Shown here one piece after another: positions 18,712 through 27,978 of a stretch of 64,000 bases of DNA (positions are counted from its first letter, which is position 1; each line of letters begins with the position of its first letter). Source of the DNA: Halorarum halobium (GTDB lineage: Archaea; Halobacteriota; Halobacteria; Halobacteriales; Haloferacaceae); NCBI RefSeq assembly GCF_032116555.1, contig NZ_CP134949.1, forward strand, positions 1,116,001 to 1,180,000, given 5' to 3'. Both the position numbers and the translations under genes were made by a program. The notes under the pieces are model-generated. The model saw only the letters and a program-made list of their open reading frames with translations, ran no database searches and was not told where the DNA came from.

Positions 18712-19371
18712 CTACGCCTCGTACGAGAGCAGCACGCCGTCGTCGACCCGCTCGACCGCCACCAGTTCGAGTTCCGGGAACCCGTCCACGAACCCCTCGC
18801 CGTCCGCCAGCGTCGGCGCGTCCCGCCCGCCGACGACCATCGACCCCACGTACACCGTGAGTTCGTCGACCAGCCCCTCGTCGAACAGCGAGAAGATGAG
18901 TTCGCCGCCGCCCTCGACCATGAGCCGGTCGACGCCCGCCGACTCGAGTTCCGCGAACGCCCCGGCGAGCGCGACGCGCTCCACGCCCGCCGCGACGACC
19001 GTCGCGCCGGCCGATTCGAGCGCCTCGACGTCCTCGTCTGCCGCGGCGTCGCTCACCAGCACGTACGTCGTCGCCTCGTCGTCGAGGATGCGCGCGTCGG
19101 TCGGGGTCCGTGCCCGGGAGTCGGCGACGACGCGGGCCGGGTTGCCATCGCGTCCGTTCCGGATGCGCTGGACCCGGCGGTCGTCCTCGTCGAGCGTGAG
19201 GTGCGGGTCGTCCGCGAGCACCGTGCCGACGCCGACCAGCACCGCGTCGGCGGCCGCGCGGACCCGGTCGACGCGGTCGAAGTCCGCAGGGCCGCTGATC
19301 TCGACCTGCTCGCGCCGCCGGGACGAGAGCTTGCCGTCGACCGAGACGGCGGCGTTGACGTGAACGAACAC
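18712..19371 (-). CDS. 2,5-diamino-6-(ribosylamino)-4(3H)-pyrimidinone 5'-phosphate reductase (archaeal riboflavin synthesis, RibD C-domain)
   Basis: NAAVSVDGKL, VGVGTVLADDPHL, RVVADS, LMVEGGG, VVGGRDAPTL. Confidence 0.9.
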   Translation of the reverse strand: MFVHVNAAVSVDGKLSSRRREQVEISGPADFDRVDRVRAAADAVLVGVGTVLADDPHLTLDEDDRRVQRIRNGRDGNPARVVADSRARTPTDARILDDEATTYVLVSDAAADEDVEALESAGATVVAAGVERVALAGAFAELESAGVDRLMVEGGGELIFSLFDEGLVDELTVYVGSMVVGGRDAPTLADGEGFVDGFPELELVAVERVDDGVLLSYEA

Positions 19372-19375
19372 GGCC

Positions 19376-19705
19376 TCAGCCGCGGGTGCCGACCTGCTCG
19401 CGCTGTTCCAGTTCGATCTCGACGTGGACCGAGTCGGGAAAGTCCATGTGGCCGACCTCGCGGGCGATGTGGTCGTTCCCGTGGATCTCGATGCGGCGCG
19501 AGAACAGCTCGTAGCTCCACTCGCCCAGCACCGATCCGGGGGCGAGCGTGTCGTACAGGGGGACGCGGACGTGTTCGGACGGCTCGGTGTGGGGGCCTTT
19601 GCACTCGGCGCCCTTCCGTTCGAGCATGTCGCGGAGCCCGTCGACGGTGTCGTCGAGGGCCGCCCGGTCCCCGCTCTGGAAGCGGAGTTTTGTGACGAAG
19701 GTCAT
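19376..19705 (-). CDS. uS10-family ribosomal protein paralog
   Basis: KLRFQSGDRAALD...KGAECKGP...W.YELFSRRIEI...PDSVHVEIEL follows the uS10 pattern; not next to an EF-1A gene. Confidence 0.8.
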   Translation of the reverse strand: MTFVTKLRFQSGDRAALDDTVDGLRDMLERKGAECKGPHTEPSEHVRVPLYDTLAPGSVLGEWSYELFSRRIEIHGNDHIAREVGHMDFPDSVHVEIELEQREQVGTRG

Positions 19706-19956
19706 GTGTGAGCTGGGGGTTGCCCTGACCTGCGCACGCGAGCCCTAAAAGCACATCTACCCGTCGAACGCGCGGGAGCCGCTGGCATGGGCCGTCGGTT
19801 CGACCGACGTCCGTTCGACCGACGCTCGTCCGGCCAGACGGCCGACCGGCGCGCGTCCGCCTCGACGGCGTGGACCGGGACGCTCGGGACCGAACGGCCG
19901 CGTTCGGGGTTCCCGGTCCGACATTCTCTTAACACGGGGTTACTTACCTATCGGTA

Positions 19957-20421
19957 ATGCCGGTCGAAGCGACCAGTGCTGGAGCCATCCTCTTCCGCGA
20001 AACCCGCGGCCACCGGGAGTACCTGCTCCTGAAGAGCCGACCCGGGGACTGGGAGTTCCCGAAGGGCGGGGTCGAGGGGGAAGAGGAGCTCCAGCAGACG
20101 GCGATACGCGAAGTACAAGAGGAGGCCGGGATCGGTGATTTCAGACTCATCGACGGCTTCCGTGAGCAGTACGACTACGTGTTCGAGGCGGGCGGGAACA
20201 CCATCCACAAGACGGTGCACCTGTTCATCGCGCACTCGTTCGAGGCGTCCGCGGAGCTCTCCACCGAACACCGCGACCTCCAGTGGCGCGACTACGAGCA
20301 GGCACTCAACACGATCACCCAGGACGGCCCCCGCGACATCCTCCGCGAGGCCCACGACTACCTCAACGCCCTCCAGGAGGAGGCCGACGAGGAGTACCTC
20401 CTCCAGCGCTCGGAGAACTGA
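19957..20421 (+). CDS. Nudix hydrolase, bis(5'-nucleosyl)-tetraphosphatase (Ap4A hydrolase)-like
   Basis: WEFPKGGVEGEEELQQTAIREVQEEAG Nudix box; LSTEH. Confidence 0.88.
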   Translation: MPVEATSAGAILFRETRGHREYLLLKSRPGDWEFPKGGVEGEEELQQTAIREVQEEAGIGDFRLIDGFREQYDYVFEAGGNTIHKTVHLFIAHSFEASAELSTEHRDLQWRDYEQALNTITQDGPRDILREAHDYLNALQEEADEEYLLQRSEN

Positions 20422-20524
20422 GGCCGGCCCCGAGCCCTCCGGGTTTCGACGGGCCAGCGACGGCGTCGCCCCCGCCGACCGCGCCACCGAAACCGATTTC
20501 CACCGGACCGGCGTCCCCCCGGAC

Positions 20525-21532
20525 GTGTTCCCCGGCGCCGGCGACAGCGAGTTCGCGTTCGAACTGCTCGTGAGCCGGTGGGCCGAACTCGCCTGGCATC
20601 CGACGGACGGCGAGCGGCCGGTCCTCGTCGCCCGGCAGCTGGGGACGAAACGGAGGCGCTGGGACACCGTCGTCCTCGAGGTCGACCCCGAGGCGTTCGC
20701 CGAGCGACGGCTGTTCGGCGAGCGGGGCCTCGACATGGACCTCATCCGGGTCGTCCGGGACGCGCCCGCCGAGTTCGAGTGGTACCGCGACGCGCTCCCG
20801 CACCCGGGGTTCCCGTGGCGCTACGTCCGCGCTGCCGTCCACCGCGCGGCGGGCCGTGACCTGATCGAGAAGCGGCGCGGCCCGCACGACCGGGTCGAAC
20901 TCCGTCGGCTCCGCGAGTACCCCGACTGGGTCGAGCGCGTGGCGGTCGTCGAGAACAAGCCCGACCTCGATGCGAGCGCCGCGAGCGCGCTCGCGGATCA
21001 GCTTCGACACGACCTCGACGCGGATCTGGCCGACGAGGTGTGGGTCGCGACCGGCGCGACGGGAAAGCGCGTCTCGCCCGCGCTGCTGGAGGACATGCCC
21101 GTCGAGGTCGGCGTGCTCGAGTTCGACTTCGCCGACGGCGTCGACGCGGACGCCGCGGAGGTGCTCTGGCACCCGACGCGGCTGGACGCCGACGGCGACG
21201 CGGACAAGCGCCTCGAACTGACCGAGCGCGCGTACGGCAAGGGCTGGCGGTCGTTCCGCGAGACGATGCGGCCCGACTGCCGGCACTTCGAACTCCGACG
21301 CGAGGGGCGCGCGATGGTGCCCTACTGCGCGGCGAAGGGCCGAGTGCCGACCGGCGCGGAGTGTTCCGGAAACTGCCCGGAGTTCTCGCCCGAACCCCCG
21401 CAGTGGCGGACGAACGGCTGGCCGGTCGAGGGCGGTCCGGGGAAGGGAATCAGGGCGCTGCTGTCCCGACGGCGGGAGCGCGAGCGGGAGCGAGCGGGGG
21501 AACCGGGAACGGCTGAGAGAACGGGGAACTGA
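20525..21532 (+). CDS. Conserved haloarchaeal protein (DUF5787-like)
   Basis: SEFAFEL, VARQLG, VENKPDL, ADEVWVAT, ERAYGKGWR, C-terminal Cys cluster; the GTG start is inferred. Confidence 0.7.
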   Translation: MFPGAGDSEFAFELLVSRWAELAWHPTDGERPVLVARQLGTKRRRWDTVVLEVDPEAFAERRLFGERGLDMDLIRVVRDAPAEFEWYRDALPHPGFPWRYVRAAVHRAAGRDLIEKRRGPHDRVELRRLREYPDWVERVAVVENKPDLDASAASALADQLRHDLDADLADEVWVATGATGKRVSPALLEDMPVEVGVLEFDFADGVDADAAEVLWHPTRLDADGDADKRLELTERAYGKGWRSFRETMRPDCRHFELRREGRAMVPYCAAKGRVPTGAECSGNCPEFSPEPPQWRTNGWPVEGGPGKGIRALLSRRRERERERAGEPGTAERTGN

Positions 21533-22036
21533 CTACTCGCTGACCTCGACGTCCACCGCGTCCCGTCCGACGGCCAGCCGGAACGTCGGGACGGTGCGGT
21601 ACTCGACCTCGACGACGTTCTTCCGACGGAGGCTCTGGAGCGCGCGGCGCACGTCGCCGACGTCGGGGTCGACGTCGAACCGCTCCCTGAGCTTCCCGAG
21701 CACCGACACGACCGACTCGGAGCGCTCGTCCGGGCCGGCCAGCACCGCGAACACCTGGCTGTGCAACTCGGGGACGCGGATGCGGTCCGGGACGCCGCCC
21801 TCCTCGCCGTCGTCCTCCACGCCGGGGTCGACGCCGGTCAGTTCGGCGGCCTCGCTCGTCGCCCGGATGAGGCTGTCGTCGTCGCGGTAGTAGTGATCCG
21901 AGAGGTGGTTCTCGAGGTAACTGTGGACGTCGCTGCCGCTCTCTAACCCCCACCGCTCGCCCAGTTCGGAGTTCTTCGTCGGCTGGAGTCGCACCACGTC
22001 GGCCAACCGCTCCAGCTCCTCGTCGGTGAGGCTCAT
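21533..22036 (-). CDS. Conserved haloarchaeal protein (DUF5797-like, wHTH-like)
   Basis: ERLADVVRLQPTKNSELGERWGLESGSDVHSYLE...YRTVPTFR. Confidence 0.75.
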   Translation of the reverse strand: MSLTDEELERLADVVRLQPTKNSELGERWGLESGSDVHSYLENHLSDHYYRDDDSLIRATSEAAELTGVDPGVEDDGEEGGVPDRIRVPELHSQVFAVLAGPDERSESVVSVLGKLRERFDVDPDVGDVRRALQSLRRKNVVEVEYRTVPTFRLAVGRDAVDVEVSE

Positions 22037-22215
22037 CGGCCGGGCGTATCAGCCGGGAGTATTTCGGCCTACCGGTTTGCGCGACGGGGACGGCCGCGCC
22101 GCGCTCTCCTCGCTTCAGCCGCGGTACGCGGCACGGCGAGACACGCACCCGAACGTATTCACGTCGGATCGCCGCCATCACAAACCGTTTATCGCGGGTG
22201 TCCGGGCGTGGGGCC

Positions 22216-22914
22216 ATGGACGTCGACCTTCACGACTCGCTCGACGGGCAGGTCGCCCTGGTCACGGGGGCGACGCGGGGCATCGGGGCGGCGATCGCGG
22301 AGCGGCTGGTGGACCTCGGGGCGGTCGTCTACGCCGGCGGCCGCGACCCCGACGACGTGACGGGGGAGGAACTCAGACCGGTGCGGCTCGACGTGACCGA
22401 GGAGTCCCAGATCGTCGACGCGGTCGAGCGCATCGGCGACGAGGCGGGTCGCCTCGACGTGCTCGTCAACAACGCCGGCATCGGGGGGCCGGCAGGACCG
22501 GTGGGGGCGGCCTCGACCGACGGTATCGACGCGGTGCTGGAGACGAACCTCCGCGGGCCGATGCTGGTCAGCAAGCACGCGCTCCCGCTGCTCCTCGAAC
22601 GCGACGGGTCCCGGGTCGTCAACGTGTCGAGCCGCGGGGGGCAGCTCTCCGGAGAGAGCGACGCGGCGCGGGGTCCCTACTCCCTCTCGAAGACGGGACT
22701 GAACGGGCTGACCGTGCAGCTCCACGGCGCGTACGCCGACCGTGGCCTGCTCGCCAACTCCGCGTCGCCGGGGTGGGTCAGCACCGGCCTCGGCGGGGAG
22801 TCCGCGCCCCGTTCACCCGCGGAGGGGGCGGACACGGCCGTCTGGCTCTGCCGGTTCGTCGCCGGCGCGCCGGCGGGGAAGTTCTGGCACGACCGCGAGG
22901 TCATCGACTGGTGA
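22216..22914 (+). CDS. SDR-family oxidoreductase
   Basis: TGATRGIG, NNAG, YSLSK, SPGWVST. Confidence 0.9.
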   Translation: MDVDLHDSLDGQVALVTGATRGIGAAIAERLVDLGAVVYAGGRDPDDVTGEELRPVRLDVTEESQIVDAVERIGDEAGRLDVLVNNAGIGGPAGPVGAASTDGIDAVLETNLRGPMLVSKHALPLLLERDGSRVVNVSSRGGQLSGESDAARGPYSLSKTGLNGLTVQLHGAYADRGLLANSASPGWVSTGLGGESAPRSPAEGADTAVWLCRFVAGAPAGKFWHDREVIDW

Positions 22915-23015
22915 CCGAACTGCCGCGCTGAACGTCCGGGTTCCCGAGCCAGCGCGGGGTAGCGGCGCTCGCAGTCGGGGGAACAGTTACGGCCCGGCGA
23001 GCCGACGACTCGCGC

Positions 23016-23792
23016 ATGCCAGACTCGGAGACGGTGGCGCTCGAGATCGAGGACGACGTGGCGACGATCACGATCGACCGGCCGGACGCGCTGAACTCGC
23101 TCAACGTGGCGACGCTGGAGGCGCTCGACGTCGCCATCGACGAGGCCGAGGCGGCTGACGCTCGCGTGCTGGTGCTCACGGGCGCCGGCGAGGACGCGTT
23201 CGTCGCGGGCGCCGACATCAGCTACATGAAGGACCTCTCGACGCCGGAGGCCCAGGCGTACGCCGAACTCGGCCACGGCGTCGCCTCGAAGCTGGAGACG
23301 TTCCCGGCGCCGACCATCGCCGCGGTCAACGGCTATGCGTTCGGCGGGGGCTGTGAGCTCGCCATCGCCTGCGACCTGCGGGTCGCCTCCGAGCGGGCGG
23401 TCATCGGCCAGACCGAGATCGACCTGGGAATCATCCCGGGCTGGGGCGGCAGCCAGCGGCTCCCCCGCCTCGTCGGCGACGAGACGGCACGTCGGCTCAT
23501 CTTCTTCGGCGAGCGCGTCGACGCGACCGACGCGCGGGAGTACGGGCTCGTCGGCGAGGTCGTCGCGCACGACCAGCTCGACGAGCGCGTGGCCGACGTC
23601 GCCGAGGACCTCGCCGCGAAGCCGAAGTTCGCGCTCCGGGCGGCCAAGGAGGCGATCAACGCCGTCCACGAGGAGCCGCAGGGCGCGGGGCTCACCTACG
23701 AGCGGCGCGTCTGGGCCGGCCTGTTCGGCACCCACGACCAGCGCGAGGGGATGGCGGCGTTCGTCGAGAAGCGGGACCCCGAGTTCGAGTAG
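23016..23792 (+). CDS. Enoyl-CoA hydratase/isomerase
   Basis: IDRPDALN, AFVAGADI, AVNGYAFGGGCELA, EIDLGIIPGWGG. Confidence 0.93.
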   Translation: MPDSETVALEIEDDVATITIDRPDALNSLNVATLEALDVAIDEAEAADARVLVLTGAGEDAFVAGADISYMKDLSTPEAQAYAELGHGVASKLETFPAPTIAAVNGYAFGGGCELAIACDLRVASERAVIGQTEIDLGIIPGWGGSQRLPRLVGDETARRLIFFGERVDATDAREYGLVGEVVAHDQLDERVADVAEDLAAKPKFALRAAKEAINAVHEEPQGAGLTYERRVWAGLFGTHDQREGMAAFVEKRDPEFE

Positions 23793-23875
23793 CCGGGCTT
23801 CCCACGGCCCGGCGTGTGGGCTCCGTGCCACCAGTTGGGCACCACGATTAGGTCCGTACGGCGCGTACACGTCCC

Positions 23876-24130
23876 ATGGACCGCATCAAACTCTCCCGCG
23901 TGGAATCGCACCTCGAGGACCTCCAGTACCCCGTGACCCGCGCGGAGGCGGCCGACCGCTTCGCCGACACGACGCTCACCTACGCGGACGGCGAGGAGAA
24001 CCTCGGTGACCTCCTCCTCGACTGTCCGAGCGCGTCGTTCGCGGACGCGGACGAACTCCTCTCGGACCTGTACGGCGTCCTGCCGGTCGAAGCGGTCGGC
24101 GAGCCGGGCCAGTCCGAGGGCGAGGGCTGA
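23876..24130 (+). CDS. Small haloarchaeal protein (DUF5789-like)
   Basis: LQYPVTRAEA...LPVEAVGEPGQSEGEG; acidic; AT-rich box upstream. Confidence 0.75.
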   Translation: MDRIKLSRVESHLEDLQYPVTRAEAADRFADTTLTYADGEENLGDLLLDCPSASFADADELLSDLYGVLPVEAVGEPGQSEGEG

Positions 24131-24228
24131 CGCGGCGCTTCGCCGGGATGGGGCCGGGGGCTGGCGACCGACCGGTTCGGAAACCCAATCCCCGGCCCTT
24201 AAGTACGAAGACGGCCGAACGGGCGGGC

Positions 24229-24552
24229 ATGGAGTTCTGCGACGAGTGCGGATCGATGATGAAAACTGAGGGGGACAGGTGGGTCTGTAGCTGCGGCTTC
24301 GAGAAGCTTCGCGACGAGGCCAAGGAGGCGGCGATGACGACGACCCAGGGACAGGAGGAGGGCGAGATCGTCGACATGTCCGACGTCGACGCCGCAGAGA
24401 TCGGCCCGACCGTCGAGCAGAAGTGCCCCGAGTGCGACGAGGTCCGGTCGGTGCGCTACGAGATGAAGCAGATCCGCTCGGCCGACGAGTCCGAGACGCG
24501 CTTTTTCACCTGTACCGAGTGCGGGCACAAGTGGCGCGAGGACGACCACTGA
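24229..24552 (+). CDS. tfs: Transcription factor S
   Basis: MEFCDECGSMM...CPEC...QIRSADESETRFFTCTECGHKWRE; catalytic DE dyad intact. Confidence 0.95.
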   Translation: MEFCDECGSMMKTEGDRWVCSCGFEKLRDEAKEAAMTTTQGQEEGEIVDMSDVDAAEIGPTVEQKCPECDEVRSVRYEMKQIRSADESETRFFTCTECGHKWREDDH

Positions 24553-24629
24553 GCCGACCACCGACGGGTCGGGACATCCCTTCCGCCGCGGATCGAACCC
24601 GGAAGCGGCACCGACGGGGAGACGCCCGC

Positions 24630-24878
24630 TCACTTCCGTTGCAGTTCGGTGCCGTCGCGGGGGCAGTACCGGACCTCGGGGTCGCCCGTTCGGAACCCGC
24701 ACTGGGGGCACCTCGGACGGTGCCCCGGTCCGCGTCGTCGCTGCGCCCGCGGAAGAGGAACGGGACGAAGGGGACGAGCAGGAAGACGAGCAGGGTGTCC
24801 AGGTAGACCCAGGCGGCGACGCTGACGGCGACCGGGAGCGCGACGCCGACCAAGGCGGTGAGAGCGCGAGGAGACCAC
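24630..24878 (-). pseudogene. Small membrane-anchored zinc-ribbon protein, apparently with two compensating frameshifts
   Basis: Start VVSSR and C-terminal CPQCGF...YCPRDGTEL are in one frame; the hydrophobic LTALVGVALPVAVSVAAWVYLDTLLVFLLVPFVPFLF is in another. Confidence 0.65.
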
Positions 24879-24879
24879 G

Positions 24880-25458
24880 CTACCCTCCGTCGTCCGCTCC
24901 GCCTTCCCCGACCGTCTCGTTCCCATCCGATTCGATCACCTTCTTCCCCGTCTCCATCGGCACCACCCGCCGCTCGGCGTCGGCCCACTCGCGCTCCAGT
25001 TCCCGGCCCTCGAACAGCCGGTCGAGGAACACCGCGAGGCCGGCGACCTCCGAGTGGGGCTGGTTCGTCACGCCGACGTTGAACTCCGCCGCCTCGTAGA
25101 AGTCGAACGGCACCTTCTCGCCCCCGACCACGACCAGCAGCGGCCCGTCGGCGTGGGCGTCCCTGATCCCGCTTTCCACGTCCTGCAGTCGCTCGCCGTA
25201 CATCGTGAGGTGGACGACCGTCCCGTCCCAGCCAGTCGTGAACGCCCGCTGGTCGTCCCGGAGTTCGACGTCGAACGGCCCGCCGAAGCGACCCGTGATG
25301 TCGCGGATGGTCTCGGCCGACTGCCCGGCGTTGTCGGGGAGGACGACCCGGTCCGCGCCCAGCGCCCGCGCGGTCAGGCCGACGTGGGTCGTCATCCGGT
25401 CGTCCCGCCCCGGCCGGTGGCCGTACCGGAGGACGACCGTCTCGTGTGACTCCTGCAT
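24880..25458 (-). CDS. trm56: tRNA (cytidine(56)-2'-O)-methyltransferase
   Basis: VLRYGHRPGRDDRMTTHVGLTARALGAD, VHLTMYG, VVGGEKVP, VTNQPHSEVA. Confidence 0.95.
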   Translation of the reverse strand: MQESHETVVLRYGHRPGRDDRMTTHVGLTARALGADRVVLPDNAGQSAETIRDITGRFGGPFDVELRDDQRAFTTGWDGTVVHLTMYGERLQDVESGIRDAHADGPLLVVVGGEKVPFDFYEAAEFNVGVTNQPHSEVAGLAVFLDRLFEGRELEREWADAERRVVPMETGKKVIESDGNETVGEGGADDGG

Positions 25459-25600
25459 GGCCGTCATCGGGTGCCCCGGGGGTGAGGGCGTTTCGCTTCG
25501 CGGACGCTGGCGGCTCCGGGGGACCACTCCGGTTCGAACTCGACGCGGACTGCCCGCACGCCGCCGGTGGCGCTTTGGTCCGAGCCGTCGAAGCGGACCC

Positions 25601-26542
25601 ATGTCCGAAGATCCGGAGGCGCTCGCGGGCGTCGCCGACGTCGACCTCGGCGGGCGGACTGCGCTGGTCACCGGTGCGACCTCCGGCGTCGGCCGGGAGA
25701 CCGCGCTCGCGCTCGCCCGCCTCGGAGCCGACGTGTTCGTCCACGGCCGGGACCGCCGTGCGGGCCACGAGACGGTCGAACTGATCGAGGGCGGCGCGGG
25801 AGGCGACCCGGGCGGCGACGGTGCCGAGATCGGCGGGGGCGATGCGACGTTCCTCCAGGGCGACTTCGCGGACCCGGACGCCGTGGACGCGATCGCGGAC
25901 GCGGTCCGTGGGGAGGTGGACTCGCTCGACCTGCTCGTCCACAACGCCGGCACGCACTTCGATTCGGGCGAACTCGTCGATGCGGGGGCCGAACGCGCCG
26001 AGAAGACGTTCGTCGTGAACCACCTCGGGCCGTTCCGGCTCACGCACGGCCTGCGTGACGTCCTCGAACCCGGCGGCCGCGTGGTGGTCGTCGCCTCCGC
26101 GGTCCACGGTCGCGCCGACGGCGAGTTCGCCGTCCGGTCGGTCGACGGCTACGACGGACTCGCGGCCTACGCGCGCTCGAAACTCGGGAACGTGCTCTTC
26201 GCCCGCGGGCTCGCCACGCGGCTCGACGGGCGGGCCGTCGTCTCGTGTCACCCCGGGTTCGTCCCCGGCAGCGGCCTCTGGCGGGAGGCGTCGCTCCCGG
26301 TCAGACTCGCCGTCGGCGGCCTCGACAGCCTGCCCGAGTGGCTCACGCCGGACAGGGTGGACGACGCCGCGGAGGCGGCCGTGACCCCGGTGTTTCTGGC
26401 GGCTTCGCCGGCCGTCGCGGACGCCGACGGCGGCTACTACGTCGACTGCGCGCTCACCGATCCGGCGCCGGTCGCGCGCGACGCGAACCGGCGGAAGCGG
26501 CTCTGGGACCTCAGCGAGGAGTTGATCGGGCTTGACTGGTAA
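25601..26542 (+). CDS. SDR-family oxidoreductase (retinol dehydrogenase-like)
   Basis: TGATSGVG, HNAG, VNHLGPF, YARSK, CHPGFV, LWDLSEEL. Confidence 0.88.
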   Translation: MSEDPEALAGVADVDLGGRTALVTGATSGVGRETALALARLGADVFVHGRDRRAGHETVELIEGGAGGDPGGDGAEIGGGDATFLQGDFADPDAVDAIADAVRGEVDSLDLLVHNAGTHFDSGELVDAGAERAEKTFVVNHLGPFRLTHGLRDVLEPGGRVVVVASAVHGRADGEFAVRSVDGYDGLAAYARSKLGNVLFARGLATRLDGRAVVSCHPGFVPGSGLWREASLPVRLAVGGLDSLPEWLTPDRVDDAAEAAVTPVFLAASPAVADADGGYYVDCALTDPAPVARDANRRKRLWDLSEELIGLDW

Positions 26543-26647
26543 CACCGGCCGACCTGGCGCGGTGAGGATTCCGAACGCCCTGCCGACCGGTTCGGCCGCC
26601 GGCCCGCGACCGGAAGACACTTTCCGGCTTCGGACGCTTCCCCGACA

Positions 26648-27577
26648 ATGGACCTCTCCGAGCAGTCGGTACTCGTCACGGGAGGCGCGGGACTCATCGG
26701 CTCACATCTCGCGGCGAAACTCGCGCCGGACAACGACGTGCGCGTCGCCGACGACCTCTCGAAGGGGGAGCGCGAGCGCGTGCCCGACGGGGCGACGTTC
26801 CACCGTGCGGACCTCACCGACCCCGAGGACGTCGCCGAGGTCGTGACCGGGGACCTCGACGCCGTGTTCCACCTCGCGGCCTACACCGACACGAACTTCG
26901 AGGACGACCGGACGCTGTTCGAGGAGAACACCGCGATGACGTACAACGTCCTCGAACGGATGCGAGAGGTCGGCGTCGACCGCTTCGCGTTCACCTCCTC
27001 CTCGACCGTGTACGGCGAGGCCCCCCGGCCGACGCCGGAGGACTACGCGCCGCTCGAACCGATCAGCATCTACGGCTCCTCGAAGCTGGCCGACGAGGCG
27101 CTCATCTCCACCTACGCGAAGAGCTACGGCGTCCAGTCGTGGACCTTCCGCTTCGCGAACATCGTCGGTCCCCGCCAGCGCGGCAACGTGATTCCGGACT
27201 TCATCCAGAAGCTCCGGGCCGACCCCGAGACGCTCGAAATCCTCGGGAACGGCCGACAGGAGAAGTCGTACCTCCACGTCACCGACTGCGTCGACGCCAT
27301 CACCCACGTCGTCGAGCACGCCGACCGCGACCTGAACACGTACAACCTCGGCTCGCGGACGACCACCTCGGTCGTCCGCATCGCCGACATCGTCGCCGAC
27401 GAGATGGGCCTCGACCCCGAGTACGAGTTCACCGGCGGCGACCGCGGCTGGACGGGCGACGTGCCCAAGATGCGCCTCTCGGTCGAGAAGCTCTCGGCGC
27501 TGGGCTGGGAGCCGCCGAACTCCAGCGACGACGCGGTCCGCCGTGCGACCCGCGACCTCGTCGCGGAACTCGTCTGA
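26648..27577 (+). CDS. NAD-dependent epimerase/dehydratase (GalE-like)
   Basis: TGGAGLIG, SSSTVYG, YGSSK, RFANIVG, GWTGDV. Confidence 0.92.
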   Translation: MDLSEQSVLVTGGAGLIGSHLAAKLAPDNDVRVADDLSKGERERVPDGATFHRADLTDPEDVAEVVTGDLDAVFHLAAYTDTNFEDDRTLFEENTAMTYNVLERMREVGVDRFAFTSSSTVYGEAPRPTPEDYAPLEPISIYGSSKLADEALISTYAKSYGVQSWTFRFANIVGPRQRGNVIPDFIQKLRADPETLEILGNGRQEKSYLHVTDCVDAITHVVEHADRDLNTYNLGSRTTTSVVRIADIVADEMGLDPEYEFTGGDRGWTGDVPKMRLSVEKLSALGWEPPNSSDDAVRRATRDLVAELV

Positions 27578-27732
27578 ATCGGACGCGAACACGAGACCAC
27601 GGCTTCGCTCGTGTGAGAGCATCCACGTCAACCGGCTCGTCCGGCCACGTCGCTCGCGTGTCGGACCCCCCGCGTTCCTGTGAGCCGATTCGGCAAAACG
27701 TTCACGGGGCTGAAGGGTCGTACCTCCCTTCC

Positions 27733-27909
27733 ATGAGCCTCGTCAGCGCCCTCAAGGACGCGCTCGCGAGCGGCGACGGGGGGGCCGACGCCGTCCGGTA
27801 CCGCTGTGGGGAGTGCGGGACCGGCTTCGACCGCGCGCGAACCCGGATGGTTCGGACGCGGTGTCCCGACTGCGGCTCGGCCGACCTCCGCGTCGTCGAG
27901 GAGCCCTGA
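27733..27909 (+). CDS. Small CPxCG-type zinc-ribbon protein
   Basis: MSLVSALKDAL...YRCGECG...RCPDCGSADL (58 aa). Confidence 0.8.
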   Translation: MSLVSALKDALASGDGGADAVRYRCGECGTGFDRARTRMVRTRCPDCGSADLRVVEEP

Positions 27910-27978
27910 GCGGCGGCCGGCCCGAACCGATGCCGTCGGATGGACACGACTATTGCCGAGCGCCGGCTACCGCGACGC

